From positions 1 through 41,850 of IMG/VR virus record IMGVR_UViG_3300012317_000001: DNA of 41,850 bases. One strand, written 5' to 3'. A program made the translations under genes and the position numbers. Origin of the DNA: a virus. A model generated the notes under the pieces. It searched no databases. It was not told where the DNA came from and saw nothing but the letters and a program-made list of their open reading frames with translations. Positions 27,113-36,570 of this stretch are shown here, in pieces. Numbering within the stretch: the stretch's first letter is position 1; every line of letters begins with the position of its first letter.

Positions 27113-27382
27113 ATGAAAATCAATATTAAAAATGATATTACAGCTGAACTTTTGCTACAAGGTATTAAATTTCATAGAGAAACAAACAAAGATAAAGAAG
27201 CGTGTAACAAAATAAAAGAATTAGAAGTACTGCTTATAAATATAATGGGTTACTTAGGTTATCTCAGATATGAAACAACGACAGAATTTAATAATGCGAG
27301 TGGTAAAGATATTAGGAAAAAAATCGATAATTTAATTAAAAGCGTTGAAGATGAGATATACGAAATTAAAGAAGAGGACTGA
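27113..27382 (+). CDS. Hypothetical protein
   Basis: Track ORF, 89 aa. Confidence 0.4.
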   Translation: MKINIKNDITAELLLQGIKFHRETNKDKEACNKIKELEVLLINIMGYLGYLRYETTTEFNNASGKDIRKKIDNLIKSVEDEIYEIKEED

Positions 27383-27388
27383 TACTCG

Positions 27389-27853
27389 ATGATTTATTTA
27401 GGCGGAGACATGCTAAGTATTGGGCAACAAATGCGTCGTGAATGGGAAAAGCAAGAGATACAGAGATTAGGCTTTAAAGTCTACGCACCACATGACGATA
27501 AGGACATAAACGATAAAGAAAATGCTAAGCAAGATAAATTAGCAGAACGTATTGTGTTTAACGACACGCTAGGTATGGAAACAAGCGATGTAATGATATT
27601 TGACTACTTACCTCATGCACAAGGGACAATTTGCGAAATAGGGTATTCACAGCATCTCAAAAGAGCAAGTAAAAATGATATTAAGATTTACGTTCAATGT
27701 ACTGATATCAGACAAGGCACAGGACATATTTCAGATGAACAGGACCGAGCAGAGTTCAGTATTAATCAATATGTGTATGGCGTAATCATGGATATCACTG
27801 ATGGTAGAGGTATTCAAACGTTTGATGAGATATGCGAGGAGTTAATCTCATGA
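27389..27853 (+). CDS. Nucleoside 2-deoxyribosyltransferase-like protein
   Basis: Track ORF, 154 aa. N-terminal IYLGG and a later GTICEIGY block fit the deoxyribosyltransferase fold family. Motif-level call only. Confidence 0.4.
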   Translation: MIYLGGDMLSIGQQMRREWEKQEIQRLGFKVYAPHDDKDINDKENAKQDKLAERIVFNDTLGMETSDVMIFDYLPHAQGTICEIGYSQHLKRASKNDIKIYVQCTDIRQGTGHISDEQDRAEFSINQYVYGVIMDITDGRGIQTFDEICEELIS

Positions 27854-27887
27854 TACTTAATTAAAAGGAACAGGGAGTGTTTTATTA

Positions 27888-28037
27888 ATGGGTGAAGTAG
27901 CAGAAATGATGTTAGATGGCACGTTATGTCAGATTTGCGGTGGTTTAATGGAAGATTTAATTAATGAAAATGGAGACGATTTGAAAGAGCCACCAGGATA
28001 TCCTAGAACTTGTGAAGATTGTAAAGAATATGAATAG
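27888..28037 (+). CDS. Small zinc-ribbon protein (49 aa; CQIC...CEDC)
   Basis: RBS gggag about 10 nt upstream. Two CxxC pairs. Under 60 aa. Confidence 0.35.
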   Translation: MGEVAEMMLDGTLCQICGGLMEDLINENGDDLKEPPGYPRTCEDCKEYE

Positions 28038-28049
28038 GGAGTGTTTGAG

Positions 28050-28445
28050 ATGATACCTAAATTTAGAGTTTGGGATAAAGATCACGAATATATGGAATAT
28101 ACAGATAAAAATTTAATAGTGAGTTTTGGGGATAACGGAAATGTAGACGTTACAGACCTATCTAATATTTATTCAACTTGTAATAGTATGCAAAACTTTG
28201 AATTAATGCAAGCTACGGGAGTTAGATATATTTATGATGAAAGCGGCCAAGAGATTTATGAAGGCGATATTGTTAAAACTAGAACTTCTGAATACGGAAG
28301 ACTTATTGGGTATGTAGATAACGCTATATCACGTTTTAAAGTACGAGGAGTTAAGCAATATAAAGGTTTAAGTGTAGATTTAGATGGAACTTGTGAAATT
28401 ATTGGCAATATCTACGAAAATCCAGAGTTATTGGAGGATAACTAA
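28050..28445 (+). CDS. YopX-family phage protein
   Basis: Within track ORF 28041..28445. ATG 28050 gives MIPKFRVWDK..., the typical YopX N-terminus. RBS gggag. Confidence 0.55.
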   Translation: MIPKFRVWDKDHEYMEYTDKNLIVSFGDNGNVDVTDLSNIYSTCNSMQNFELMQATGVRYIYDESGQEIYEGDIVKTRTSEYGRLIGYVDNAISRFKVRGVKQYKGLSVDLDGTCEIIGNIYENPELLEDN

Positions 28446-28790
28446 TTGGACATCAACAATCTCTACACCTACAAAGCAACATGCACCAATGTTGTGGACG
28501 GTGACACTTTGGATATATTACTCGATTATGGCTTTGATACCTACGCTAAACGTCGTGTACGTTTGCTAGGTGTCGATACGCCAGAAAGAGGACAGGATAA
28601 GTTTAAAGAGGCAACAGCGTTCACTAGAAAATGTGTAGAAAATAAAGACATCTACGTTCAGACGTACAAGAGTGATGTGTTCGGTAGGTATCTTGCAAAT
28701 GTGTGGTACGAGGACGGGCAACGTAGTTTGAATGATGATCTAAGTGACGCAGGGCTATTGAAAGAAAATTCTAAATGGAATGAGGGATAG
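28446..28790 (+). CDS. Staphylococcal-nuclease (SNase/thermonuclease)-like nuclease
   Basis: Track ORF, 114 aa, TTG start. VVDGDTLDI...RVRLLGVDTPE is the SNase catalytic signature. Confidence 0.6.
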   Translation: MDINNLYTYKATCTNVVDGDTLDILLDYGFDTYAKRRVRLLGVDTPERGQDKFKEATAFTRKCVENKDIYVQTYKSDVFGRYLANVWYEDGQRSLNDDLSDAGLLKENSKWNEG

Positions 28791-29277
28791 AAAAATGAAA
28801 GCACCATTTGAGATACAATCAGAAATTAAAAAAAGAATTATAAAACCTGAATATAAATTTGAGTATATGAGTAAGTTAGCTGGAGAAACGTTGACGCATG
28901 TTTTTCATGTGAATTTAAGTGTTAATTCTTTTAGTAAATTACCAGCAATAATTTTTGTTACCGAGAGTAAGAAAGTGTTTATACATTGCTTAAAAATTGA
29001 TACTGATATGCAAGAAGAAGAAGATGTATCGGACATCGACGCTATTCAAAGATATCAAATTAATATGGCAAGATTTAGAAGTATGTTACTTGATGATGAA
29101 ATACAATTTGAAGGTGCATTTGAACAAGAGAAGTTACCATTCGTTAATCAAGACGTGCTGAAAGAGTATTTCGATTATAAATTTAATAAACGTAAGGAAG
29201 AAGAAGAGAAGTATCGCAAAAAACAAGAATATAAAAGATACTTAGAATTAAAACAAAAATTTGAAGGTGACGAGTAA
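28780..29277 (+). CDS. Hypothetical protein with highly charged C-terminus
   Basis: Track ORF, 165 aa. An alternative start is ATG 28795. Confidence 0.4.
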   Translation: MRDRKMKAPFEIQSEIKKRIIKPEYKFEYMSKLAGETLTHVFHVNLSVNSFSKLPAIIFVTESKKVFIHCLKIDTDMQEEEDVSDIDAIQRYQINMARFRSMLLDDEIQFEGAFEQEKLPFVNQDVLKEYFDYKFNKRKEEEEKYRKKQEYKRYLELKQKFEGDE

Positions 29278-29589
29278 ATGGCAGAACCAACATTAGATGA
29301 ATTAGTTGCATTTATGAAAAAGCACGGAGTAGAAAAAGTGGATAGTATCACTGACGAAAAGAGTGCAATTAAGCATTTTAGAGCAGCTAGTAGAGTATAT
29401 AAAGAAGAACGCGACAGTTTTCGAAAGCAACGTGATGAACTCATCAATGATATGGCAGAAGTGAAAAGGAAGGCAGAGGCGTTTGATGAGATAGTAAAAG
29501 CGAATGATAAATCCGATTCGCCGGAAGACTTTGGAGATTTGGTTTGGGGAATATTAATGGATTATGGAGTGATACACAATGAGGGATAA
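29278..29589 (+). CDS. Hypothetical protein
   Basis: Track ORF, 103 aa. Confidence 0.4.
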   Translation: MAEPTLDELVAFMKKHGVEKVDSITDEKSAIKHFRAASRVYKEERDSFRKQRDELINDMAEVKRKAEAFDEIVKANDKSDSPEDFGDLVWGILMDYGVIHNEG

Positions 29590-29797
29590 AGATTATAAAC
29601 GTGCATGGCTAGAGTTGAAAGAAGAAATGCTTTTTCAATATCCGATAATACTTCATATGACAAAAATGGCTGATGGTAAAGAAGATGAAAGTTCACTATT
29701 TCAATTAGGAGAACATCTTAAGCGCATGGACGAACTAGACGGTACGAATGAGTTTCAAAATTTATTAAGTGATTTGGAGCGTGGTAGTGATGAATGA
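29579..29797 (+). CDS. Hypothetical protein
   Basis: Track ORF, 72 aa. Confidence 0.4.
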   Translation: MRDKDYKRAWLELKEEMLFQYPIILHMTKMADGKEDESSLFQLGEHLKRMDELDGTNEFQNLLSDLERGSDE

Positions 29798-29936
29798 CGA
29801 ATTAGTTATACACGGCGTGTTCAAACCTTTTACTGATCTACAAATGACTATTGATAATTCTATAAAATCAGTACCACTATCCGATGAAGAGTACGAAAAA
29901 CAAGTGAAGCAACATACATTTAAGGAGGAACAATAA
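29790..29936 (+). CDS. Hypothetical small protein (48 aa)
   Basis: ATG overlaps the previous stop. Under 60 aa. Confidence 0.3.
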   Translation: MNDELVIHGVFKPFTDLQMTIDNSIKSVPLSDEEYEKQVKQHTFKEEQ

Positions 29937-30359
29937 ATGGGAATCTTACCAATTAAATTATTATCAGAAAATGCAATTTTACCAACGAGAGCAAATCCGA
30001 CAGATAGTGGATTAGATTTATATGTTGCAGAAGATACAACTATTCTAGCGCACAGTACAAAAGTAGTACCAACACACATTGCGATTGATTTAGCGTATGG
30101 ATATGAGGCACAAGTGAGACCACGTTCAGGTAAATCAAAAGATACAAAATTACGTGTAGCACTTGGAACAATTGATCACACATATAACAAAGAGATTGGA
30201 ATTATCACAGACAATATCGGTGATGAGGCAATCGTAGTTAAAGCAGGTACACGTTTAGCTCAATTAGTCATTGCACCAGTAATGTTACCAGAGCCAACGG
30301 AGGTGCAAGAGTTTGATGAAGTGTCGGAAAGAGGAGCGTATGGAAGCACAGGAGAGTAA
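29937..30359 (+). CDS. dut: dUTPase (trimeric, short form)
   Basis: Track ORF, 140 aa. The five dUTPase motifs are recognisable (AGLDL-like SGLDLY, RPRSGKS, GTIDHTY, ...RGAYGSTGE). No long insertion is seen. Confidence 0.85.
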   Translation: MGILPIKLLSENAILPTRANPTDSGLDLYVAEDTTILAHSTKVVPTHIAIDLAYGYEAQVRPRSGKSKDTKLRVALGTIDHTYNKEIGIITDNIGDEAIVVKAGTRLAQLVIAPVMLPEPTEVQEFDEVSERGAYGSTGE

Positions 30360-30395
30360 GGACATATTAGAAAAAGTGAAAGAGGTGCTGGGAAA

Positions 30396-30704
30396 GTGAG
30401 TATCATAACTATTCATAAGGCTAAAAAGAAACCTGTAGAAATCGAGTTTATTCAATTTAAAAATATGGTAAGTGCAGGTGAAATTGAAAGGTGGACTAAT
30501 TTAAAAGCTGTTCACGATGATAGTAGCGGTAAAGATTTAATGTATATTGATACGCTAGAAGGTGTCATGACAGCTAATGTAAACGATTATATCGTTAAAG
30601 GGATAAATGGAGAATTTTATGCAGTTAAACCAGATATATTTGAAAAAACCTATGATGTTTTACCAGATGTTATTAAAGCTGATTATGTGTGGGATAAGGA
30701 GTGA
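30396..30704 (+). CDS. Hypothetical protein (GTG start)
   Basis: Track ORF, 102 aa. Confidence 0.4.
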   Translation: MSIITIHKAKKKPVEIEFIQFKNMVSAGEIERWTNLKAVHDDSSGKDLMYIDTLEGVMTANVNDYIVKGINGEFYAVKPDIFEKTYDVLPDVIKADYVWDKE

Positions 30705-30892
30705 ACAGAATGATTAAACGCATACTTAAAGATTTATTCTTAATCGCTATGTATGAGTTAGGGAAGTATCTCACTTCTCTACTCATCACTATTTTAGAAA
30801 GCGAAGATGATATTGATACTGCACCGAATGATTACGCATTAGAAACGGATCAATACGATTTAAACAGAATTAAAGCAGAGGTGAGTGAATGA
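30701..30892 (+). CDS. Hypothetical protein
   Basis: Track ORF, 63 aa. Confidence 0.4.
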   Translation: MNRMIKRILKDLFLIAMYELGKYLTSLLITILESEDDIDTAPNDYALETDQYDLNRIKAEVSE

Positions 30893-30966
30893 GCTGGTGG
30901 ATTATTTTAATACCAGTCACTTATCTAGTATGGATATGTATAAAGAGTAAGGGGGAACGTAAGTGA
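30889..30966 (+). CDS. 25-aa hydrophobic peptide (MSWWIILIPVTYLVWICIKSKGERK)
   Basis: ATG overlaps the previous stop. Single TM. Under 60 aa. Confidence 0.3.
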   Translation: MSWWIILIPVTYLVWICIKSKGERK

Positions 30967-31154
30967 TGTGGATAGCACTAACTATTATACTCGGCATACT
31001 TCTACTTATAGCGATAGGTAACAATACAGTCTTACGTCAGGAGTTAGACGCACAGAGATATACGAATGTGTATCTGTTTACTAAGTACGTGAGAGATTGC
31101 GATATAGAAGATGTGGAGTTTGAGATTGAGAGAACGAAGAAACAGTTTAAGTAA
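30966..31154 (+). CDS. Small membrane protein
   Basis: Within track ORF 30963..31154. N-terminal TM WIALTIILGILLLIAIG. Confidence 0.4.
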   Translation: MWIALTIILGILLLIAIGNNTVLRQELDAQRYTNVYLFTKYVRDCDIEDVEFEIERTKKQFK

Positions 31155-31167
31155 TGGAGGTAATCTA

Positions 31168-31389
31168 ATGACATTCGGCGAGAACTTAAAAGCTATTAGA
31201 AAAAGAATGAAACTTACTCAACAAGAGATGGCGGATAGAATGGATATAAGTCAATCATATTTGTCAGATATGGAGAATAGTAGAAAATGTCTGAATGTGA
31301 ATACTGCATTACTAACTGCTAAGCGACTAGGAATATCTGTGAATGAATTAGTTAATGATGATATAGACGTAACTGAATATAATAACTAA
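31168..31389 (+). CDS. HTH_XRE transcriptional regulator
   Basis: In frame within track ORF 31111..31389. ATG 31168 follows RBS aatggaggtaatcta. LTQQEMADRMDISQSYLSDMEN is an HTH. Confidence 0.6.
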   Translation: MTFGENLKAIRKRMKLTQQEMADRMDISQSYLSDMENSRKCLNVNTALLTAKRLGISVNELVNDDIDVTEYNN

Positions 31390-31402
31390 CGGAGGTAATC
31401 AC

Positions 31403-31801
31403 TTGTACACACCAACGGAAGTGAAACAACTTATAATGGATTATCATTGGATGAGACGATTAATTGATCATCAAGTATATGAGTACGATAGTACATCAAT
31501 CGGACAGTATGGTATTGAATCAGCTATGCCTAAAGCTAAAGGTGGTACAGGCGATAAGGTATTAGTAAGAGTAATACGCAACGATAAGGATAGACGTAAG
31601 ACACAAGAGCTTATAGATAAAGTATCATTCATTGATGAGTATGAACATAAGATAACGAACGATAAGAACTATCACATCTTACAACTATTAAAACAAGGCG
31701 AGAAGATAAATACTATTGCCATGTTAATGAGAGTGGATAGAAAAGAAATATATAGAAAGCTAGATGTCATTGTGAATATATATATGAAGTCTCAAACTTA
31801 A
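31403..31801 (+). CDS. Putative late-gene transcriptional activator (RinA/ArpU-like)
   Basis: Track ORF, 132 aa. Position immediately upstream of the HNH/terS packaging module. C-terminal HTH-like TIAMLMRVDRKEIYRKLDVIV. Call is by position and architecture only. Confidence 0.4.
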   Translation: MYTPTEVKQLIMDYHWMRRLIDHQVYEYDSTSIGQYGIESAMPKAKGGTGDKVLVRVIRNDKDRRKTQELIDKVSFIDEYEHKITNDKNYHILQLLKQGEKINTIAMLMRVDRKEIYRKLDVIVNIYMKSQT

Positions 31802-31938
31802 TGGGACAAATGTCACATATGCCACACATGACACACTATTATAAATAGTTTATTTAATTATATATACTTGAGTTAACACGATATGAATATACAGGCACAT
31901 CACATAAGTGGTGTGTCTTTTTGTTTGGAGTAATAGAG

Positions 31939-32265
31939 ATGAGTAAAGCATATGCAGACTATATTGAACAACGTACAAAGAATAAAGGTTTCTACTCTAA
32001 TGCTAAGTGGCGTAAGACAAGATTAAAAGTATTAGCAAGAGATCATTTTGAATGTGTGATGTGCAATGCAGAAGGTAGATTGACGATTAATCAAAAACAA
32101 TCACTAGAAGTTGACCATATCAAAGAGTTAGAAATAAGACCTGATTTAGCATATGAACTTTCTAATCTAAGAACACTATGTAAATTTCATCACAACAAAC
32201 GTCACGGAAGATTTGAACATAATCCAAATAATCGAAAAAATAAATTTAATGACGAACAATGGTAA
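31939..32265 (+). CDS. HNH endonuclease (packaging-associated)
   Basis: In frame within track ORF 31921..32265. ATG 31939 follows tggagtaatagag. CVMCNAEGR...VDHIKELEIRPD...N..LCKFHHNKRH is the HNH motif. Confidence 0.85.
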   Translation: MSKAYADYIEQRTKNKGFYSNAKWRKTRLKVLARDHFECVMCNAEGRLTINQKQSLEVDHIKELEIRPDLAYELSNLRTLCKFHHNKRHGRFEHNPNNRKNKFNDEQW

Positions 32266-32289
32266 AAAATAAAATTGTATAAAAATATT

Positions 32290-32420
32290 AGTCAATCCAA
32301 AACTATAAAAGTGTAAAAAGTGTCAAATACCCCCACCTAAATAAATCGCGCCACAAAAGGCTTTGCGGAAACCGGCGCTTGGGTCAACTCCGCAGATTTA
32401 TCTTTCAAAAAGACACGTAA
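32290..32420. other. Candidate cos region: GC-rich island with nested inverted repeats between the HNH and terS genes
   Basis: aatcgcgccacaaaaggctttgcggaaaccggcgcttgggtcaactccgcagatttatc. It contains gcgcc...ggcgc and tgcgga...tccgca dyads. In an otherwise AT-rich intergenic region. Confidence 0.35.
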
Positions 32421-32479
32421 GGGGGCTTGACAAATTAAAAAATAAATAAATAAAAAATTATGTAAAGGGGGGGAGGGGG

Positions 32480-32839
32480 TTGAAAAAAGATAAATATCTT
32501 AAAGACAAATTAACTTCTAACCAAATTAAGCGAATCAATGCTTCTGAAGATTACTTATTGCAGCAGATAGATGCAGATAATGATATAGAAGTTGAGAAAG
32601 TTGAACGCTATACCAACTTACTTAAATTGTTTTACGCGTTAGACGTTTATATAGAACAGTCTGGACCAATCACAGTAGTGAAAAATGCGTCACAAGAGTA
32701 TATCAAACCTAATCCTGCGATAGCAGAGAAGAATAAAGTGAATGGTTCATTGTTAGCTTTAGAGAAATCATTTCATTTAGAAAGAAAAGCCGAAGAAAGA
32801 CGTAAGCAAGAACAAGCGAAAGGACCTGATTTAACATGA
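32480..32839 (+). CDS. terS: Terminase small subunit (P27 family)
   Basis: Track ORF, 119 aa, TTG start after gggggggaggggg. Position and size fit a P27-type terS. Overlaps terL by 4 nt. Confidence 0.7.
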   Translation: MKKDKYLKDKLTSNQIKRINASEDYLLQQIDADNDIEVEKVERYTNLLKLFYALDVYIEQSGPITVVKNASQEYIKPNPAIAEKNKVNGSLLALEKSFHLERKAEERRKQEQAKGPDLT

Positions 32840-34497
32840 AGATACCCAAACATGTTACAGACTATATAGAAAAATATAAATCAGGCAACATTATCTTTAA
32901 CAAAGAGCGCATTAGACTTGTATCTTTTTTAGAAGATAATATCTTGCAACGCGATGACCTTTATTTTGATGATCAAAAAATAGAAGATTATATCAAATTT
33001 AGTGAGAAATGGTTTTTTAAACTACAAGACTTCCAAAAATTCATTTCATGTTTTGTGTTCTTATATGAGAAAGATACCAAAACGCCTTATTTCTCAGAAT
33101 TCTTTATATCAATGGCTCGTGGTGGTGGTAAGAACGGCTACATTAGTACGTTAGCAGCATTCTTTATGACACCATTACATGGTATCTCTAAATATAATAT
33201 GTCAGTAGTAGCTAATAGTGAGAAACAAGCACTAGTAAGCTTTAGAGAAATCTATGAAATGATAGAAAGTAACAATTTATATATTACAGGTGAGCGACCT
33301 AATAACCCTTTTTATTTAAGCAAAGTTTATGTGGAAGGAACAAGTACTAAATCACAATTTTTATTTGATACATCTAATGAGAAAACAAAAGATGGCGCTC
33401 GTGAAGGTTGCATTTTCTTTGATGAAGTACACGCTTATGAAAAAGATACAATCATTAACATAAAACGAAGTGGACTAGGTAAAGTTGCACATCCACGTAC
33501 TTTTTATATAGGCACTGACGGATATGTAAGGGAAGGTTTCTTGGATAGATTAAAAGATAGAGCTGAAAATGTGTTAAAAGGAATAAATCCTGAAGATAGA
33601 TTATTCCCTTTCATCTGTAAAATTGATAACAAAAAAGAAGTTGATAAACCTGAAGTATGGGAAAAAGCAAACCCCATGTTTGAAAATCCTAAAAGTGAAT
33701 ATGGCGCTCAATTATTTAAGGAAGTACATCAACAATATCTAGGGCTTCAATTTAATCCATCTAATCGACCGGAATTTATGACTAAACGAATGAACATGCC
33801 TGAAACCGATACTCAAAGTGTTGTAGCACCGTGGGATGACATAATGGCTACAAATCGACCTATACCTCCACTTGAAAATAATGAATGTATTGGTGGACTT
33901 GACTATGCAAGTTTAAAAGACTTTGCAGCAGTTGGTTTATTGTTTAGATCTGGTGATGATTATATTTGGAAAACTCATTCATTCGCTAGAAAAGAATTCC
34001 TTGATAAATACAAATTAAAGCCACCTATTCATGAATGGGAGAAAAAAGGTTTACTCACAATTGTAGATGAGCCAACAATAAACCCTAAGCATATTATTGA
34101 TTGGTTTATTGAAGCACAAAAGAATTACGGACTACAAAAAGTCGTAGCCGACAACTTCCGTATGGACTTACTTAGACCGTTGTTTGAAGATGCAGGTATC
34201 GAATATGAAGTAATAAAAAACACTCGCGCAATTCAATCATTACTTGCACCAAGAGTTGAAGATATGTTTGCACAACATCATCTTATATTTGGTGACAACC
34301 CTCTTATGCGTTGGTATACGCAAAATGTAGCCGTTAAGATACGTAAGGACGGTAATAAAGAGTATGAAAAGAAAGAGCCTATAAGACGTAAAACTGACGG
34401 TTTCCAAGCTTTTATACATGCATTGTATAGAGCAGATGATTTAAAAGATTCTAATTTGGAAGAAGAAATCAATCTGTTAAGAAGCTTGAGATTTTAA
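32836..34497 (+). CDS. terL: Terminase large subunit
   Basis: Track ORF, 553 aa. An ATPase region (ARGGGKNGY Walker A-like, IFFDEVH Walker B-like) and a C-terminal nuclease region are recognisable. Confidence 0.85.
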   Translation: MKIPKHVTDYIEKYKSGNIIFNKERIRLVSFLEDNILQRDDLYFDDQKIEDYIKFSEKWFFKLQDFQKFISCFVFLYEKDTKTPYFSEFFISMARGGGKNGYISTLAAFFMTPLHGISKYNMSVVANSEKQALVSFREIYEMIESNNLYITGERPNNPFYLSKVYVEGTSTKSQFLFDTSNEKTKDGAREGCIFFDEVHAYEKDTIINIKRSGLGKVAHPRTFYIGTDGYVREGFLDRLKDRAENVLKGINPEDRLFPFICKIDNKKEVDKPEVWEKANPMFENPKSEYGAQLFKEVHQQYLGLQFNPSNRPEFMTKRMNMPETDTQSVVAPWDDIMATNRPIPPLENNECIGGLDYASLKDFAAVGLLFRSGDDYIWKTHSFARKEFLDKYKLKPPIHEWEKKGLLTIVDEPTINPKHIIDWFIEAQKNYGLQKVVADNFRMDLLRPLFEDAGIEYEVIKNTRAIQSLLAPRVEDMFAQHHLIFGDNPLMRWYTQNVAVKIRKDGNKEYEKKEPIRRKTDGFQAFIHALYRADDLKDSNLEEEINLLRSLRF

Positions 34498-34516
34498 AGG
34501 AAGGAGGAAGTAAGCT

Positions 34517-35662
34517 ATGGGACTATTCGATAAGTTATTCCGAAAGAATAAAGAGATTTCATGGATGTATGACTTAGAGCTTTTACAAGATACAAGTTCT
34601 AAAGCCTATATTAAAAGAATGGCTTTAAATGTAGTCGTTGAGTATGTAGCAAGAACAATCGCTCAATCTGAATTTAGAGTAAAAGAAAGTGATCATGTCA
34701 CTAAAGATGATATGTATTATTTATTGAATGTTCGACCTAATCCTAATCAAAATGCTACACAGTTTTGGCAGAAATTCATTTATAGACTTCTTGTTGATAA
34801 CGAAGCGCTAATTATTAAATCGGATGATGATTATTTATATGTAGCAGATGATTTTGATCATGAAACAGAATTAGGACTATTACCACATCGTTTTAATTCG
34901 GTTATGGTGAATGATTATAAATATAACCGCTACTTTTCAATGGATGATGTGATTTATTTAGAATATGCCAATGAAAAACTAGATAAATTCTCATTAGGAC
35001 TATTTGAAGATTACGGTGAAGTATTTGGACGTATGCTAAATATGCAACTCAAGAAAAATCAAATACGAGGTATTTTGAATGTAAATACTACAACGTTGTC
35101 TACGGAAGCCATCCAAGATTATATTGATATGATATTTAACACTTTTGAGAAAAACCAAGTTGCAGTTGTACCTTTAACCAAAGGTTTAGAGTACGAAGAA
35201 CATTCAACGAATAACTCTAATGCAAATGGCTCTGATTTCAAAGAGTTAAGACAAGCAATTGAAGATATTCTTATCTATATTGCACGTATCATAGGTGTAG
35301 CACCTTCTCTTATATTAGGAGAAAACGCAGACTTAGAAAAAGCGATTGAAGCAACAAATAAATTTTGTTTTAAACCTTTAACTAAGAAATTAGAACGTGA
35401 GTTAAATTCTAAGCTATTCTTTAAAGATGAGTACTTAAAAGAAAATAAACGCATTGAAATTGTCGGTATAGATAAGAAAAACCCAATCGAATTAGCAGAA
35501 GCGATTGATAAACTGCGTTCTTCTGGTACTTATACTGGTAATCAAATTCGTGTCATGCTTGGCGATGAACCAGGAGATGATGAACACCTAGATGAATACG
35601 TATTAACTAAAAACTATGAATCAGTTTCATCAACAGAAGGGGGTGAGACTGATAATGAGTAA
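34517..35662 (+). CDS. Portal protein (HK97-type)
   Basis: Track ORF, 381 aa. Positioned between terL and the prohead protease. Confidence 0.8.
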   Translation: MGLFDKLFRKNKEISWMYDLELLQDTSSKAYIKRMALNVVVEYVARTIAQSEFRVKESDHVTKDDMYYLLNVRPNPNQNATQFWQKFIYRLLVDNEALIIKSDDDYLYVADDFDHETELGLLPHRFNSVMVNDYKYNRYFSMDDVIYLEYANEKLDKFSLGLFEDYGEVFGRMLNMQLKKNQIRGILNVNTTTLSTEAIQDYIDMIFNTFEKNQVAVVPLTKGLEYEEHSTNNSNANGSDFKELRQAIEDILIYIARIIGVAPSLILGENADLEKAIEATNKFCFKPLTKKLERELNSKLFFKDEYLKENKRIEIVGIDKKNPIELAEAIDKLRSSGTYTGNQIRVMLGDEPGDDEHLDEYVLTKNYESVSSTEGGETDNE

Positions 35663-36509
35663 TCCGATTGTGAGAAATGTCACGCCAGTTTTTAGAAACG
35701 AAACTAAGAATAACAAGCACATTTTAACGTTGTCAGGTACTATTGCTAACTTATCTTTTCTTGACGACACTATCAGCGCTAAAGCTGTGAAAGATTCGCT
35801 TGATAATGTTAAAGAAGATATTGTTATTCGCTTAAATTCTGGCGGTGGTGATGTGTTTGAAGGAATAGAAATTTATAATTACTTAAAGTCTTTATCAAAT
35901 CACATTACAATTGAAGTCACTGCATTAGCTGCAAGTGCTGCATCATTAGTTGCAATGGCAGGAGATAAGATTATCATCCGAACGGGCGCAAATATGATGG
36001 TACATGAGGCTTCTACAATGGCTTTTGGTAATAAATCAGACATTCAGAAAACATTGAACGCTTTAACTGCAATTGATACATCTATTGTTGATATATATCA
36101 CGATAGAACAGGTTTAGATCGTGATGAGATTGTTAATCTAATCACTAATGAAACGTGGTTAACTGCAGATGAAGCAATCAATAAAGGTTTTGCAGATGAG
36201 AAATCATCTCGTAAATCTGTTGAGAAGCAGAAAGAAGGTGTAGAAAATTTGAAAAACTCTAAGTATGTAGCAAGACTTAAAGAACAAAGAAGTATTCTTA
36301 ATTCAATGATTAATGAAGCAGAAGAAGGAACACCAGATGAGCCTTCTAGTGATGATTCAAATGAACAACGCATTGCGGATTTAGAAAACAAAATTAAAAA
36401 CATTGAATCACACCTTGATAAATTAGAAAAAGGCGACGAAGGCGAAAGTCAAAGCGGGGGTACTAATCCACCGCCAAAAAAAAATAAATTTTCGAGATTT
36501 GCATTTTAA
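35655..36509 (+). CDS. Prohead protease, ClpP-like (S14), with C-terminal coiled-coil extension
   Basis: In frame within track ORF 35616..36509. ATG 35655 follows gggggtgagactgata. LNSGGGDVFEGIEIYNYLKSL...ALAASAASLVAMAGD...MVHEA is the ClpP-type catalytic region. Confidence 0.8.
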   Translation: MSNPIVRNVTPVFRNETKNNKHILTLSGTIANLSFLDDTISAKAVKDSLDNVKEDIVIRLNSGGGDVFEGIEIYNYLKSLSNHITIEVTALAASAASLVAMAGDKIIIRTGANMMVHEASTMAFGNKSDIQKTLNALTAIDTSIVDIYHDRTGLDRDEIVNLITNETWLTADEAINKGFADEKSSRKSVEKQKEGVENLKNSKYVARLKEQRSILNSMINEAEEGTPDEPSSDDSNEQRIADLENKIKNIESHLDKLEKGDEGESQSGGTNPPPKKNKFSRFAF

Positions 36510-36570
36510 GTAGCTATTAACAATTGATGTTAATGGCTATTTTTTATGCATAAATTTAAGGAGGAATATT

